Shown here: positions 22,428 to 34,075 of the stretch, in pieces | How positions within the stretch are numbered: position 1 is the stretch's first letter | Layout of the letters: each line of letters starts with the position of its first letter | Source of the DNA: Malacoraja senta | Taxonomy: Eukaryota | Length of the DNA: 64,000 bases | Assembly (NCBI GenBank): GCA_038087875.1 | Contig: CM075991.1 | Coordinates: 3,534,001-3,598,000, forward strand | Reading direction: 5' to 3' | Program-made: the position numbers and the translations under genes | Notes under the pieces: generated by a model | Told to the model about the DNA's origin: nothing | Seen by the model: the letters and a program-made list of their open reading frames with translations, nothing else | Databases searched by the model: none

Positions 22428-22485
22428 GTTCATGTTAAATTCTATCGTGTGTTGTGTTATTTTTATTCGTATGGCTGTATGGTAA

Positions 22486-23180
22486 AGCCCCTGTCCCACT
22501 TACGTGTCCTTGGCACGCTAATTACGTGACCTTGTGATCGCGTTGAGGCGCGACGGTCCCGCAAAGGTCGCGCGCGACTTCATGCGCCCGCACAGCCGTC
22601 TTGAGCGCGTGACGTCATTTGAAGATGGACACAAAATGCAGGAGTAACTCAGAGGGACCGGCAGCATCTCTGGAAAGAAGCAATGGGTGATGTTTCGGGT
22701 CGAGATTACTCTTCAGTCTGAAAGAAGGGTCTTGACACGAAACGTCATCCATTCCTTCTCTCCAGAGATGCTGCCGGTCCCGCTGAGTTACTCCTGCATT
22801 TTGTGTCTATCTTCAATTTTCTTGGCCCCGTTCTGGGAGTAGAATTGGGGGCGGATCCGGACTGCAACGGCCGTGAGCCCCAGGCCGAGCTCGGCGATCG
22901 TTTGCCTGTTACTGCTGCTGTTGGAGGTGAGACGTGGCATTGCGCCAGGGTCTTGGGCCTGTCCCACTTTGGCCGTCAGTTACGCGACAGGTCGGTGGCA
23001 CGCGAAGATTTCGTTCGCTACAAAATCTCGGAGCGCCGCGCGATATCGCGCACAGCTCCATACCCCTCCGCACTTCTCAGTGGCACCGGCCCCGCACGGC
23101 CACACGACGCCCGTGCGCCTCAACGCGACCACGAGGTCGCGTAATTTGCGTGCCAAGGACACGTAAGTGGGACAGGGCCT
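22486..23180. mobile_element. PIF/Harbinger-type MITE carrying an inverted pair of Penelope-derived units
   Basis: Long TIRs agcccctgtcccacttacgtgtccttggcacgc / gcgtgccaaggacacgtaagtgggacagggcct; TAA TSD; host repeat resumes on both sides. Confidence 0.85.
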
Positions 23181-23224
23181 TAACTCAAATCTCACTGTAC
23201 CAATTGGTACATGTGACAATAAAC

Positions 23225-23865
23225 GTAACTTGAGCTTCAACTTGTCCTGGGTCAGCCACATTGAAGCAATGGCCAAGAAAGCACCCAAATGCCTCTACTT
23301 TCTTAGAAGGCTTTGGAAGTTCAGCATGTCCCCAAAAACTCTCACCAACTTCTACAGATGCAGAAAGTGTTTTATCGGGATGCATCATAGCACGGTTTGG
23401 GAACAGCTCCGTCTATGACCACAAGGAATTGCAGAGTTGTGGACGCAGCCCAGACCGTCACACAAACCAACCTCCCTTCCATTGACTCCATCTACACTTC
23501 ACACTGTCTCGGCAAGGGCACCATCATAATCAAGGACCAGTCTCACCCCCGGTCACTCCCTGTTCTCCCCTCTCCCATCAGGCAAGAGGTACAGAAGTGT
23601 AAAAAAGACCCACACCTGCAGATTCAGGGACAGTTTCTTCCCAGCTGTTACCAGGCAACTAAACCATCCTATTACCGACTGGAGAGTGGTTCTCATCTCC
23701 CATCTACCTCAGACTGTCTTTACTGGACTTTACCTTGTAATAAACGTTATTCCCTATATCCTGTATCTGTGCATTGTGGACGGCTAGGTTGTAATCATTT
23801 ATAATCTTTCTGCCGACTAGATAGCAAACAAAAAAACCTTGGTACACGTGACCATAACAATAAAT
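23225..23865 (+). mobile_element. Rex1/Babar LINE 3' fragment
   Basis: NLSWVSHIEAMAKKA..LYFLRRL.KF...TLTNFYRC and LPSIDSIY...IIKDQSHP motifs. Confidence 0.8.
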
Positions 23866-25305
23866 TAAACCACGTGATCTCCCGGTTGCCAAACACTTTA
23901 ACTCCCCTTCCCATTCCCATTCCCATTCCCATTCCCATTCTGTCCTGGGCCCCTACATTGTCAGAGTGATGCCAAACATAAATTACACGAACAGCATCTC
24001 ATATTTCACGTGGGCAGCTTACAACCCAGCGGTATGAATATTGACTTCTCAAATTAAAGTAACCCTTGCATCCCCTCACTCTCTGTCCCTCCCTCACACT
24101 AGAGATGCTGCCTGTCCCGCTGAGTTACTCCAGCATTTTGTGTCTATCTTCGGTTTAAACCAGCATCTGCAGTTCCTTCCTACATGTACTCGTTTCACTG
24201 TTGTCTTGGTGAGTTCCTCTGTCTCTATACTCATTGCCAACTATCCTACAGCCAATAATGGCCTATAGTGTGCACCACATTTCCTTGATTATCATTGCTT
24301 TTTGCATATCTTTCATTCATTTCTCCTGTACCCTTTGTAACTCTCGTGCTCCTTCCCGACTCTCAGTCCGAAGAAGGGTCCCGAACCGAAACGTCACCTA
24401 TTCCTTTTCTCCAGAGATACTGCCTGACCCGGTGAGTTCATCCAGCCTTTTGTGTCTGCCTTCATTCTATACTCGATAGATGAAGGCCAATGTGCCAAAA
24501 TACTTCTTGACCATCCTATCTACCAGTGCACCACTGTCAAGGAACTATCACCTTTGAATTTGGATTGATTGAATGAATGTATAGTATTATCTGATTTATT
24601 GGATAGCCTGATCAACAAAGCTATTCACTGTACATATGATAATAATAAACCTAAACCTTTTTGAATTTAACCCTTTGAATGTTGTTTTCCATTAAATCTT
24701 TAATGTTTTATGTGTCATTCCTAACTGTCATTGTATGTTATTGTCACTTGTGGGCGGAGCACCAAGGCAAATTCCTTGTATGTGAATACTTGGCCAATAA
24801 ACTTATTCATAAACGTAATCATTCATCCATTCATTCATTCATTCATTCATATCTACGATCCCATCTTAATTTCTGTTCTGCTTAGTTTTAGCTTTAGTTT
24901 CAGAGATACAACGTTGAAGGAAGCTCTTCGGCCTACCGAATACACGCCGACCAACGATCACCTTACCCAAGTTCTATATTTTACACTAGCGACACTTTAC
25001 AGAAGTCAATTGACCAACAGAACCTGTACATCTTTGGAGTGTGGGAGGGAACCGGAGCAGCCGGAGAAAACCCAATAGGTCACAGGGAGAACGTACAAAC
25101 TCCATACAGCCAGCACCCATAGTCAGGGTCAAACCCGGGTCTCTGGTGCTGTGGGGCAGCAACTCTACCACTGTGCCACCCGTAAATAATCCCTAAAATA
25201 AACTTTGGATCATACAATCAGAAAAACAAAACTCCAGCAAAGAGGAGGCCATTCAGCCCATCAGGTCCGTGCTGGTTATCAGTAGGGCAATCCTTTCACT
25301 CTCAT

Positions 25306-25720
25306 TCATAGAAACATAGAAACATCGAAAATAGGTGCAGGAGTAGGTCATTCGGCCCTTCGAGCCTGCACCGCCATACAATATGATCATGGCTGATCAT
25401 CCAACTCAGTATCGTGTACCTACCTTCTCTCCATACCCCTTGATCCCTTTAGTCACAAGGGCCACATCTAACTCCCTCTTAAATATAGCCAATGAACTGG
25501 CCTCAACTACCTTCTGTGGCAGAGAATTCCACAGATTCACCACTCTCTGTGTGAAAACTTATTTTCTCATCTCGGTTCTAAAAGACTTCCCTCTTATCCT
25601 AAAACTGTGACCCCTTGTTCTGGACTTCCCCAACATCGGGAACAATCTTCCTGCATCTAGCCTGTCCAACCCCTTAAGAATTTTGTAAGTTTCTATAAGA
25701 TCCCCCCTCAATCTACTAAA
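25306..25720 (-). mobile_element. CR1 3' fragment
   Basis: Reverse complement of the 12540-12940-type sequence, with (catagaaa)n tail. Confidence 0.9.
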
Positions 25721-26369
25721 TTAACTTAACTTCTCTCTCGTGAAGAATAATTTTCTCACATCTCTTTGCCCCAAATTTATACATGCTTCTCCTTGACTTC
25801 AACTGGAAGATGGTTCCCGCTTGTCCCTCTAATAGAGTTACGATACGATATACGATACGATAGAATTTTATTTATCCCAGGAGGGAAATTGAACTGCCAA
25901 ACATTCATAAAAACACAAAATACACAAAACACAAGAAACATGAAATTAAAGTGATGAGTGGAAAGTCTTGGGGGATGTGCAAATTTGGGGAGGGGGAGGG
26001 GAGTCAGTCTCAGTCTACCCCATGACAGAATGGGGAGGAGTTGTACAGTTTGATAGCCACAGGGAAGAAGGATCTCCTGTGGCGTTCTGTCCTGCTTCTT
26101 GGTGGAACCAGTCTGTTGCTGAAGGTGCTCTGTGATATCTGCATTCAACCTATCTCTATCATTCCATCATATCTGCTTTCAACCTCCTTAGCTCCAAGGA
26201 GGACATCCCCATCTTCTTCAGTCAGAGCAGGTATTCCTCATGCATGAGGGGGTTACAGGAGAGTGTGATCATCTTTCAGTTGTCATCTCACCATGTAAAT
26301 GCTGCATTGTGGACAATGGCAACGTGTTTTATTGTCCGCACCAGATCAAAGTAAATATAAAGGTCCCAC

Positions 26370-26523
26370 CTGCTCCCAAAGGCGGCTCTTCTCCCAGTAA
26401 CAGTCTCAGCCTTTTGGCGTGGATTTTCCCTTGGTAATGTGACTGGGCCACCACGGCTGATGTAAAGGACATGTTGCAGAGGGTGCAGCACTTGTTCTTG
26501 TCCACATCACCATCGTCACTGCC
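26370..26523 (-). CDS. ZMAT4: Internal coding exon of a matrin-type zinc-finger protein (second zinc finger), ZMAT4-like
   Basis: Translates [51 protein letters not shown], closely matching vertebrate ZMAT4 as I recall it ([39 protein letters not shown]). Minus-strand acceptor ttctttccattgtgcag|GGC and donor GCAG|gtggga; 154 nt, phase 0 to phase 1. Confidence 0.92.
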
Positions 26524-26609
26524 CTGCACAATGGAAAGAAGACAAACGCGTTAGTTGGTCGATGCTTTACCCCCTTCGTCCTCCTCTTTTCCTTCAAGCC
26601 AAGAGCCCT

Positions 26610-28018
26610 CTCGTGGAGAGATACACGCCTTGGGGAGAGACACCTCTCGTGGCGATAATCCTCATCTGAAGATACTCCCCTTAGGAAGATAGTCCTCTTG
26701 GGGAAAAGCACCACTTGTGGTGATACACCTATTGTGGAGATACACCACTTGTAAAGATATTCCTCCGTTCATATACAGATACACCGTTCATGGAGATACA
26801 CCACTTGTGGAGAAACAGCACGTGGAGATATCGCTCTTGTGGAGGTACACCTTAAAGACATAGAAACATAGAAAATAGGTGGAGGAGGAGGCCATTCGGT
26901 TCTTTGAGCCAGTGATCATGGCTGATCGTCTCCAATCAATAACCCGTGCCTGCCTTCTCCCCATATCCCTTGATTCCACTAACCCCTAGAGCTCTATCTG
27001 ACTCTCTCTTAAATCCATCCAGTGACTTGGCCTCCACTGCCCTCCGTGGCAGGGAATTCCACAAATTCACAACTCTCTGGGTGAAAACGTTTTTTCTCAC
27101 TTCAGTCTTAAATGGCTTCCCCTTTATTCTAAGACTGTGGCCCCTGGTTCTGGACTCGCCCAACATTGGGAACATTTTTCCTGCAGCTAGCTTGTCCAGT
27201 CCTTGTATAATTTTATATGTTTCTATAAGATTCCCCCTCATCCTTCTAAACCCCAGTGACTACAAACCTAGTCTTTTCAATCTATCCTCATATGACAGTC
27301 CCGCCATCCCAGGGATCAATCTCATGAACCTACACTGCACTGCCTCAATCACAAGGATGTCCTTCCTCTTGGGGAAATACAGCCCTTGCGGAGTTACAGC
27401 ACGTTTGGAGATACACCACGTGTGGAGATACACCACACCTGGAGATACACCACATCTGGAGATACAACACACCTGGAGATACACCATGCCTGGAGATACA
27501 CCACACCTGGAGATACACCACACCTGGAGATACACCATGCCTGGAGGTACACCACACCTGGAGATACACCACACCTGGAGATACACCACATCTGGAGATA
27601 CAACACACCTGGAGATACACCATGCCTGGAGATACACCATGTGTGGAGATACACCACACCTGGAGATACACCACACCTGGAGATACACCACACTTGGAGA
27701 TACACCACATCTGGAGATACACCACACCTGGAGATAGATCACACCTGGAGATACACAACACCTGGAGATACACCCCATCTGGAGATACAACACACCTGGA
27801 GATACACCATGCCTGGAGATACACCACACCTGGAGATAGATCACACCTGGAGATACACCACACCTGGAGATACACCACACCTGGAGATAGATCACACCTG
27901 GAGATACACCACACCTGGAGATACACCACACCTGGAGATACACCACACCTGGAGATACACCACACCTGGAGATACACCACATCTGGAGATACACCTCTTG
28001 TCGAGATACACCACTTGG
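26610..28018. repeat. 17-bp minisatellite (GGAGATACACCACACCT)n, split by a CR1 insertion
   Basis: About 35 homogeneous units at ~27407-28018; degenerate units (ggagatacaccacttgt-like) at ~26610-26852. Confidence 0.93.
26856..27368 (-). mobile_element. CR1 3' fragment
   Basis: MRGNLIETYKIIQGLDKL...TRGHSLRIKG...GYGEKAGTGY; (catagaaa)n tail. Confidence 0.9.
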
Positions 28019-28431
28019 CAGTCAATCATCCAACCTTTGCAAAGCTCAGGACAAAACTGTTTCACCCTCCCAAAGTTTCAACATTGTGGAAAGATGAAGA
28101 AAGGTCCAAATCTGTTTAAAATGGATTGTTATACTGCTCCTTCATAGGGCAACAGAAATCAAACAATCAGCCCAGTAAACAGTTAGACAGCTCCCCAATC
28201 AGTACCGTGTTCTGAAATCCTTCCTCCTGCTACTTCATCTTTTACTCAGTATTCATTGTTGAATATTTCTATTTATCCTTTCATATTCACCTTTCATATT
28301 CACCGACTTTCCGAAGGGGCCCTTTGGCCCATAATGTTTGTGCCGAACATGATGCCAAGTTAAACTGACCACATCTGCCTGTATATGATCCACATTCCTC
28401 TATTCCCTGTACTTTCATACGCCTACCTAGA

Positions 28432-28517
28432 AGCCTCTTTGGCCCACGGAGTACATGCCAACCAGGAGGGGCCACTAAAATCCCTGGTTGGCATGTACTC
28501 CGTGGGCCAAAGGGGCT
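28432..28517. repeat. Perfect 29-bp inverted repeat (hairpin, 16-nt loop)
   Basis: tttggcccacggagtacatgccaaccagg (28438-28466) / cctggttggcatgtactccgtgggccaaa (28483-28511). Confidence 0.95.
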
Positions 28518-29240
28518 GTTTCCATGCAGTGTCTCTAAAGTCTAAAGACTAGCAAAGTGTTTGGAGAGAACTTTTTCGCAACACTTTTTGACATGTGTCA
28601 GCGGTTACTGAAGCTGTCCATTGAGGCAGCAGAGACAACCTGAAGACAAAACATAGACACAAAAAGCTGGAGTAACTTAGCATCTGAAGAACGGTTTTCG
28701 ATCTGAAACATCACCCATTCCTTCTCTCCAGAGATGCTGCCTGTCCCGCTGAGTTACTTCAGCTTTTTGTGTCTATCTTTGGTTTAAACCGGCATCTGCA
28801 GTTCCTTCCGACACAAGCTTAAGACAAACAGTCTGAAATAATGTCAGTGGCACTAAACATTTGTTAAACAGGCAAAAATGTCATTAGAACTGCTCTTCAC
28901 ACAGCGTGGGGCATCTGCTGCATTACTGAGCATATGTTCTTGGTCACAAACCACTTATCTATAAAGGATGCAGCAGCCGTGAAAATAAAAACTGCGGAAA
29001 TGAACAGCTTTCCGCACAGTGGGTCTGCTAGCAGTTGCAGAAAAATTAACCACGGCCCAATGCTTAATTATTCACAGTCAGCAAGCAGCAAGTTCAAAGG
29101 CGGGAGTGGAGGAGAGGGAAGATTTCAGCTCCTCTTCGCAACACACAAAGTTAATGGCCGTTTTTCAGTGGGGGTTGCGGTTGTGAGTGTTCCCTCGTCA
29201 GTCACTTGCTGCTCAACCATGTGGCAATGAAATCCATCTG

Positions 29241-29254
29241 CTTTGTATGCAAAT
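29241..29254 (+). promoter_or_regulatory. Candidate Sox-Oct composite site in a repeat-free island
   Basis: CTTTGT directly followed by the octamer ATGCAAAT; function not shown. Confidence 0.3.
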
Positions 29255-29308
29255 TTATTCCTTTGAGGAAAAATCTACAAAGGGATTGGGATTTGTTAGC
29301 TGCTTGGT

Positions 29309-29613
29309 TAGTTTAGTTCAGAGATACAGCGCGGAAACAGGCCCTTTGGCCCACCGAGTCCGCGACGCCCAGCGATCCCCGCACACTCGCACTATTCGAC
29401 ACACACCAGGGACAATGTACACTTATACCAAGCCAATTGACCTACGAACCCGCACGTCTTTGGAGCGTGGGAGGAATCCGGAGATCCTGGAGAAAACCCG
29501 CGCGGTCACGGGGAGAACGTTAAACTCCGCACGGACAGCACCCGAGGTCAGGATCGAACCTGGGTCCCTGGTGCTGTGAGGCAGCAACTCTACCACTGCG
29601 CCACCGTGCCGCC
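29309..29613 (-). mobile_element. V-SINE (HE1-like), full length
   Basis: Minus-strand head ggcggcacggtggcgcagtggtagag, B box ggttcgatcc, central domain, (ctaaa)n tail. Confidence 0.88.
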
Positions 29614-29704
29614 CCTTTGTAGATGCTGGTGATGCGGTGCAGTGCGGATGCGGGAAATGCATTAATTTTTGCAAAACCTCACCGACTATTCCACCCAGGA
29701 GTCG

Positions 29705-30000
29705 CACAGCAGCGCAGTGGTAGAGTTGCATCCTCACAGCACCAGAGAGCCAGGTTCAATCCTGACCTCGGGTGCTGTCTGTGCGGAGTTTGCACGTTCT
29801 CCCCGTGAACGCGTTGGTTACCTCCCACATCCCAAAGCTGCAGGTTTACAGGTTAATTGGCTAAATTTAATTGTAAATTGTAAATGCTTCCCTAGCGTGT
29901 AGGATTGAGCGAGCGTGAAGGAGTGGTCGTTGGCCAGCGCGGACTCGGTGGGCCGAAGGGCCTGTTTCCAACACTGTACCTCGAGAATTAAAACTAAAAC
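29705..30000 (+). mobile_element. V-SINE (HE1-like)
   Basis: tRNA-like head, B box ggttcaatcc, central domain and tail; divergent from the 29309-29613 copy. Confidence 0.82.
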
Positions 30001-30865
30001 AGGTCACTAAATCACCGTTCACTGTGCTTTCTGAGAGGTTGCATGATCAGACTGAGGGGAACTCACATAAGAGTGATTTTTGCAACTGTCAGCAGCAGAA
30101 AAGCATCATAATCCTGCCAGAGAAAAACCTGTTCTGAAACGGGGGAGATGATTTTCTCTCTGCGCTTTGGATAATAAAAAGGTTTATAAAAGGGGGATTT
30201 ACAGTTTCATTGCACACCGGATGCAGAAAAATCCTTCCTCCATATCAATCGGAGGCTACATAAAAGTCTAATCCCCCCTATCCATACTTTCACAATGGTA
30301 TCATGCTGAAAACTATTTTGACTGAACTAATAGTAACAGCTACACTGGTCTTTCTCCCTGCATTATCAAAAGCTGCCTGTGATACCACGCTTTTGATGAG
30401 AGCTAGAATGTCATCAGTTTTCATGAAAGATCACAGCAGAACTTGGGAACGGCTCAGGGTTTCGGACAACTAAGGGAAATCCGCAGAATTCTACAGCTAC
30501 ATTTTCCATAAACACCAGTGATCGCAAAATGGATGTAATATTTTGTATTGTGCAAAATACAAACGTCACCTATCCATGTTCTCCAGAGATGCTGCCTGAC
30601 CCGCTGAGATACTCCAGCACTTTAGACCTTGTTGGACATTCACATGCGTGACACAAGGATGAATAGTTGATGCTGCTGTTTAAAATATATACCATAGGTA
30701 TCAATGGTTTTTCGGCGACCTGCTATGACTATAACAGTCGCCGTCAGTTACCTAAAAACTCGGCAAGTGGGACAGGCCCATTAGAGTGCATTTAAAATGG
30801 AGTCAATATCAAAATTCCCAGCAATGTTGCAGGAGGCACCACATGATGAGAAGATAATAGGCTGT

Positions 30866-31383
30866 AGGGCCTGTCCCACTATGGCGACCTTATTTGCGAA
30901 TTTAGGAGAGTTTGCGCTCGCCACAAGCTCGCAGCATGGTCGACACGTGGTCGTAGGTGGTCATTGGTACGTCACCTTCATGGTTGAGAGGAGTTCCCGC
31001 ATAGTGGTTACTACTCGCTGCCTCAGTTTGGTCGAGCAACAAGGGCGAGTAAAAATTGGTCAGCATGGAGAAAATCGATATTTTTTTACTCGCAGGTTTA
31101 GTCGAAGTAGGTCGTAGTAGGTCGGCATGTTATCGTAGGTAATCGAAAGTAATCAAAGGTAATTCAAGGTAATCGAAGGTAGGCGTAGATAGTGTAGATA
31201 GTGGTAGATGGTGTTAGATAATAAGCTGGTCGAAGCTAGTCTTCAACATAGTTGAAGGAGGTCTTCAACATAGTCGAAGGAGGTCTTATACTTAGTCGAA
31301 AGATGCCAAATTTTCGGCGATACAACAGGACCATGACACTCTCCTAACCTCGCAAATAAGGTCGCCACAGTGGGACAGGCCAT
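30866..31383. mobile_element. PIF/Harbinger-type MITE
   Basis: TIRs gggcctgtcccactatggcgaccttatttgcga / tcgcaaataaggtcgccacagtgggacaggcc; internal short tandem repeats (aggtaatcga). Confidence 0.75.
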
Positions 31384-31829
31384 TGTCTGATTCAGTGGAG
31401 CCTGTGTGAAATATTCCGCTGGCTCACGCACAGAATCCCAATGCAGAGTTGCCATATTTTTGCGTAAGATTATTCTCACACTTCAACAAGACATTTCACC
31501 GACCATCACATTGGTCGCTCTCATTGGTCTTTCTCCCGAAGTGGCCACATCATCAACAATCTCAGGAACGTCCCGGGAGAATGTGCAGTGTCCCCGAACT
31601 CAAAGAACCAAATACCTAAGCATTGACGATCTCCACTACTGCTCCTTCTGCGAACAGTTAGTGGTTGGGAGAAAGGTTGTCCACGGTTGATAACGTGCAA
31701 GAGGTTATTGCTTCACGTCTGAAGAGCCACTGGCAAAAGGTTGGTGATACAGCAGAATGTCTGATTTTGCCTGATCATTTCCACCCGGGAGGCCATGGGC
31801 GGGCAGAAGGAACCGCAGGCGCTGGTTTA

Positions 31830-32158
31830 AAGCCCTGTCCCACGGTACGAGTTCATTCCAAGAGCTCTCCCGAGTTTCAAAAAAATCAAATCGTGGTAAG
31901 CACGGAGAATGAACGTAGTGGGTACGTCGGAGCTCGGGGACGTCTCTTAGCGGCTCGTAACGCTAACGGCAGGTACTCGGGAAGACTCGCTAATGGCAGG
32001 TAAGCACGGGAAGACTCGTGAAGATTTTTCAACATGTTGAATAATGTCCACGAGAGCCCCGAGTACCGACGAGTGGCCATTAACGTAATTCTCCGAGTTC
32101 GAATCAGGGCAAACTCGGGAGAACTCTTGGAATGAACTCGTACCGTGGGACAGGGCTA
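31830..32158. mobile_element. PIF/Harbinger-type MITE inserted in a Penelope-derived unit
   Basis: ~48-bp TIRs aagccctgtcccacggtacgagttcattccaagag...; TTA TSD. Confidence 0.88.
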
Positions 32159-33397
32159 TTACACCGAAGATCGACACAAAATGCTGGAGTAACTCAGCGG
32201 GTCAGGCAGCATCCCTGGAGAAAAGGAATAGGTGACGTTTCGGATCGAGACTCTTCTTCAGTGTCAGAAGAGCTGAGGAGAGAAGGAGGAATCCGTGAGG
32301 GGGTGCAGCAAGAGAGGGTCGGAGAGTCGGAGAGCAGGAGGGATTACCGAAGGAATCTTCAGAATCACAGTCTGAAGAAAGGTTCTCGACCCGAAACATC
32401 AGCTATTCCATTTCTCCAGAGATGAATTACTCCAGCATTTTGTATCAATCTGCAGTTCTTTTTATCTGGGTTTCAACTCCTTTGCATTCACAGTTTGACA
32501 TCCACTCCCTACACACTGGGGGCAGTACACAGAGAGTGAATTAACCTACAAACCCGCACGTCTTTCGGATAAGGGAAGAAACCGGAGCACAGCTCTACCA
32601 TGTGTTCACGGGGCGAACGTGCAAACTCCACACAGACAGTACGCAAGATCAGGATCGAGCCTGGGTCTCTGGATCGAACCGGCGAGGCAGCAGCTCTACC
32701 CGCTGCACCAAAGCGCTGTACCAAAACAAACTTTGCCCAATTGCAGTCGGCAGCCAAAATAGTATCATGGACTTGTCACTTCGAAAACAATGAGGAAAGC
32801 AAAATGAACATTAGGAATAATTCAGCTCTGCATATCCTCTCCAAAAATGATGACCATCTGCATTTGGAATGAATAAAATCATCTCTTTGCTGCGTTTCAT
32901 TTCTCTGATGTAGCGAGATGTACTGTAAATCCCTAGGTACAAGGCTGACTGCAAGAATCAAACTGGCAGCAACACAAAGAAACTGCTTCCGTCACTTTCG
33001 ATTTTGAATTGCAAACAATTTCTTTCTGTTCTGGCAACGCTGCTGTTCCTCGGTTGCTCCTCTCTTCTGATTATGTTAAAACCTGCAGCCGAAACATCGG
33101 GGTTATTTGCAAGATGTTTGCGTGACCGTTGCGATTTGACCAACAAGATTTGAACAATGCCATTAGTTGACATGGCGCTCCATGTCTTTGTGTCCACTGC
33201 CTCGATAGACTGGATGAGAAGGGAAATGTTCCCCATCACTTGTAGTGGATCTGAAGTTCGAACCATTGCTGGAGGATCAATGGCTTTGGTGCACGACCTT
33301 TGCTGGACATAGAATTCACACCATTGAAGCGATGGCCAAGAAAGCAGACCAACAGATTAGATGAATGGATATTTAATTTAGAGATTTCAACACTTTG

Positions 33398-33890
33398 TAA
33401 CTTACTTACTGCCTATTATGCCTCCTGGCATGTAGGGCAGCAACAAAGGTGCTCCACTCCTGTCCGTTCTGGGCTAGCATCTGGACACTACCCCAGGTCA
33501 GGTCCATTGTTATCATTTCCTCCTCTACAGTTTGACGCCAGGTGGTTTTGGGTCTCCCTCTTTTCCTTTTCCCTTCCGGCTATTCTTGGGATGCTGTCTG
33601 GACATTCATCCTAGCATCTGTCGATAGCCCTGGAAGTCCATCACGCCCAGTAGTGTTGATTCCTTCACTTGCTGTTTCCGTAACATATTTGTTCTACGAG
33701 ACAGAGTTGTTAGCCCTGTGCTCAACCTCCAACCTAGAGGACCAGTGGATCGTTCTTTGTCTCGCCTCTACCCTTCGACCTGTCCAGCATGGGAGACCCT
33801 AACAGGAGACGAATCTCCCGCTGGCATAGCTCTAGGGGTCACTGAGACACACACGCTCCCCGACCACGACAAGGTTGCAATCCAACTGGG
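33398..33890 (-). mobile_element. Bipartite non-autonomous RTE derivative (5' UTR fused to ORF end and tail)
   Basis: Minus strand starts with RTE-like 5' UTR ccttgtcgtgg...gagctatgcc...gatccactgg, then GKRKRGRPKTTWRQTVEEEM...W (RTE C-terminus) and a (taag)n tail. Confidence 0.72.
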
Positions 33891-33918
33891 ACCAAGACTT
33901 TGTTACAGTTCCCCAATT

Positions 33919-34075
33919 CCAATAATTCCATCACCCTGCCTCAGGTGCTTCTTGGGATCAACTGGATCTCAGAACACCACCCACGTTGGTTATGCCAATA
34001 GTTCCATCACCCTGCCTCAGGTGCTTCTTGGGATCAACTGGATCTCAGAACACCACCCACGTTGGTTATACCAAT
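33919..34075. repeat. Tandem duplication, 76 bp x2
   Basis: ttccatcaccctgcctcaggtgcttcttgggatcaactggatctcagaacaccacccacgttggttat repeated with period 76. Confidence 0.95.

Noticed and set aside
26329..26529. Stand-alone 66-aa ORF or processed pseudogene; ZNF385/ZMAT1 paralogue
   Set aside because: Similarity stops exactly at canonical splice sites, and the peptide matches ZMAT4 as I recall it much better than its paralogues.
27407..28018. CRISPR-like array or repetitive protein ORFs (e.g. 26946-27737, 27260-27994)
   Set aside because: Head-to-tail 17-bp units with no unique spacers and no cas genes; the ORFs arise because the unit lacks stop codons on both strands.
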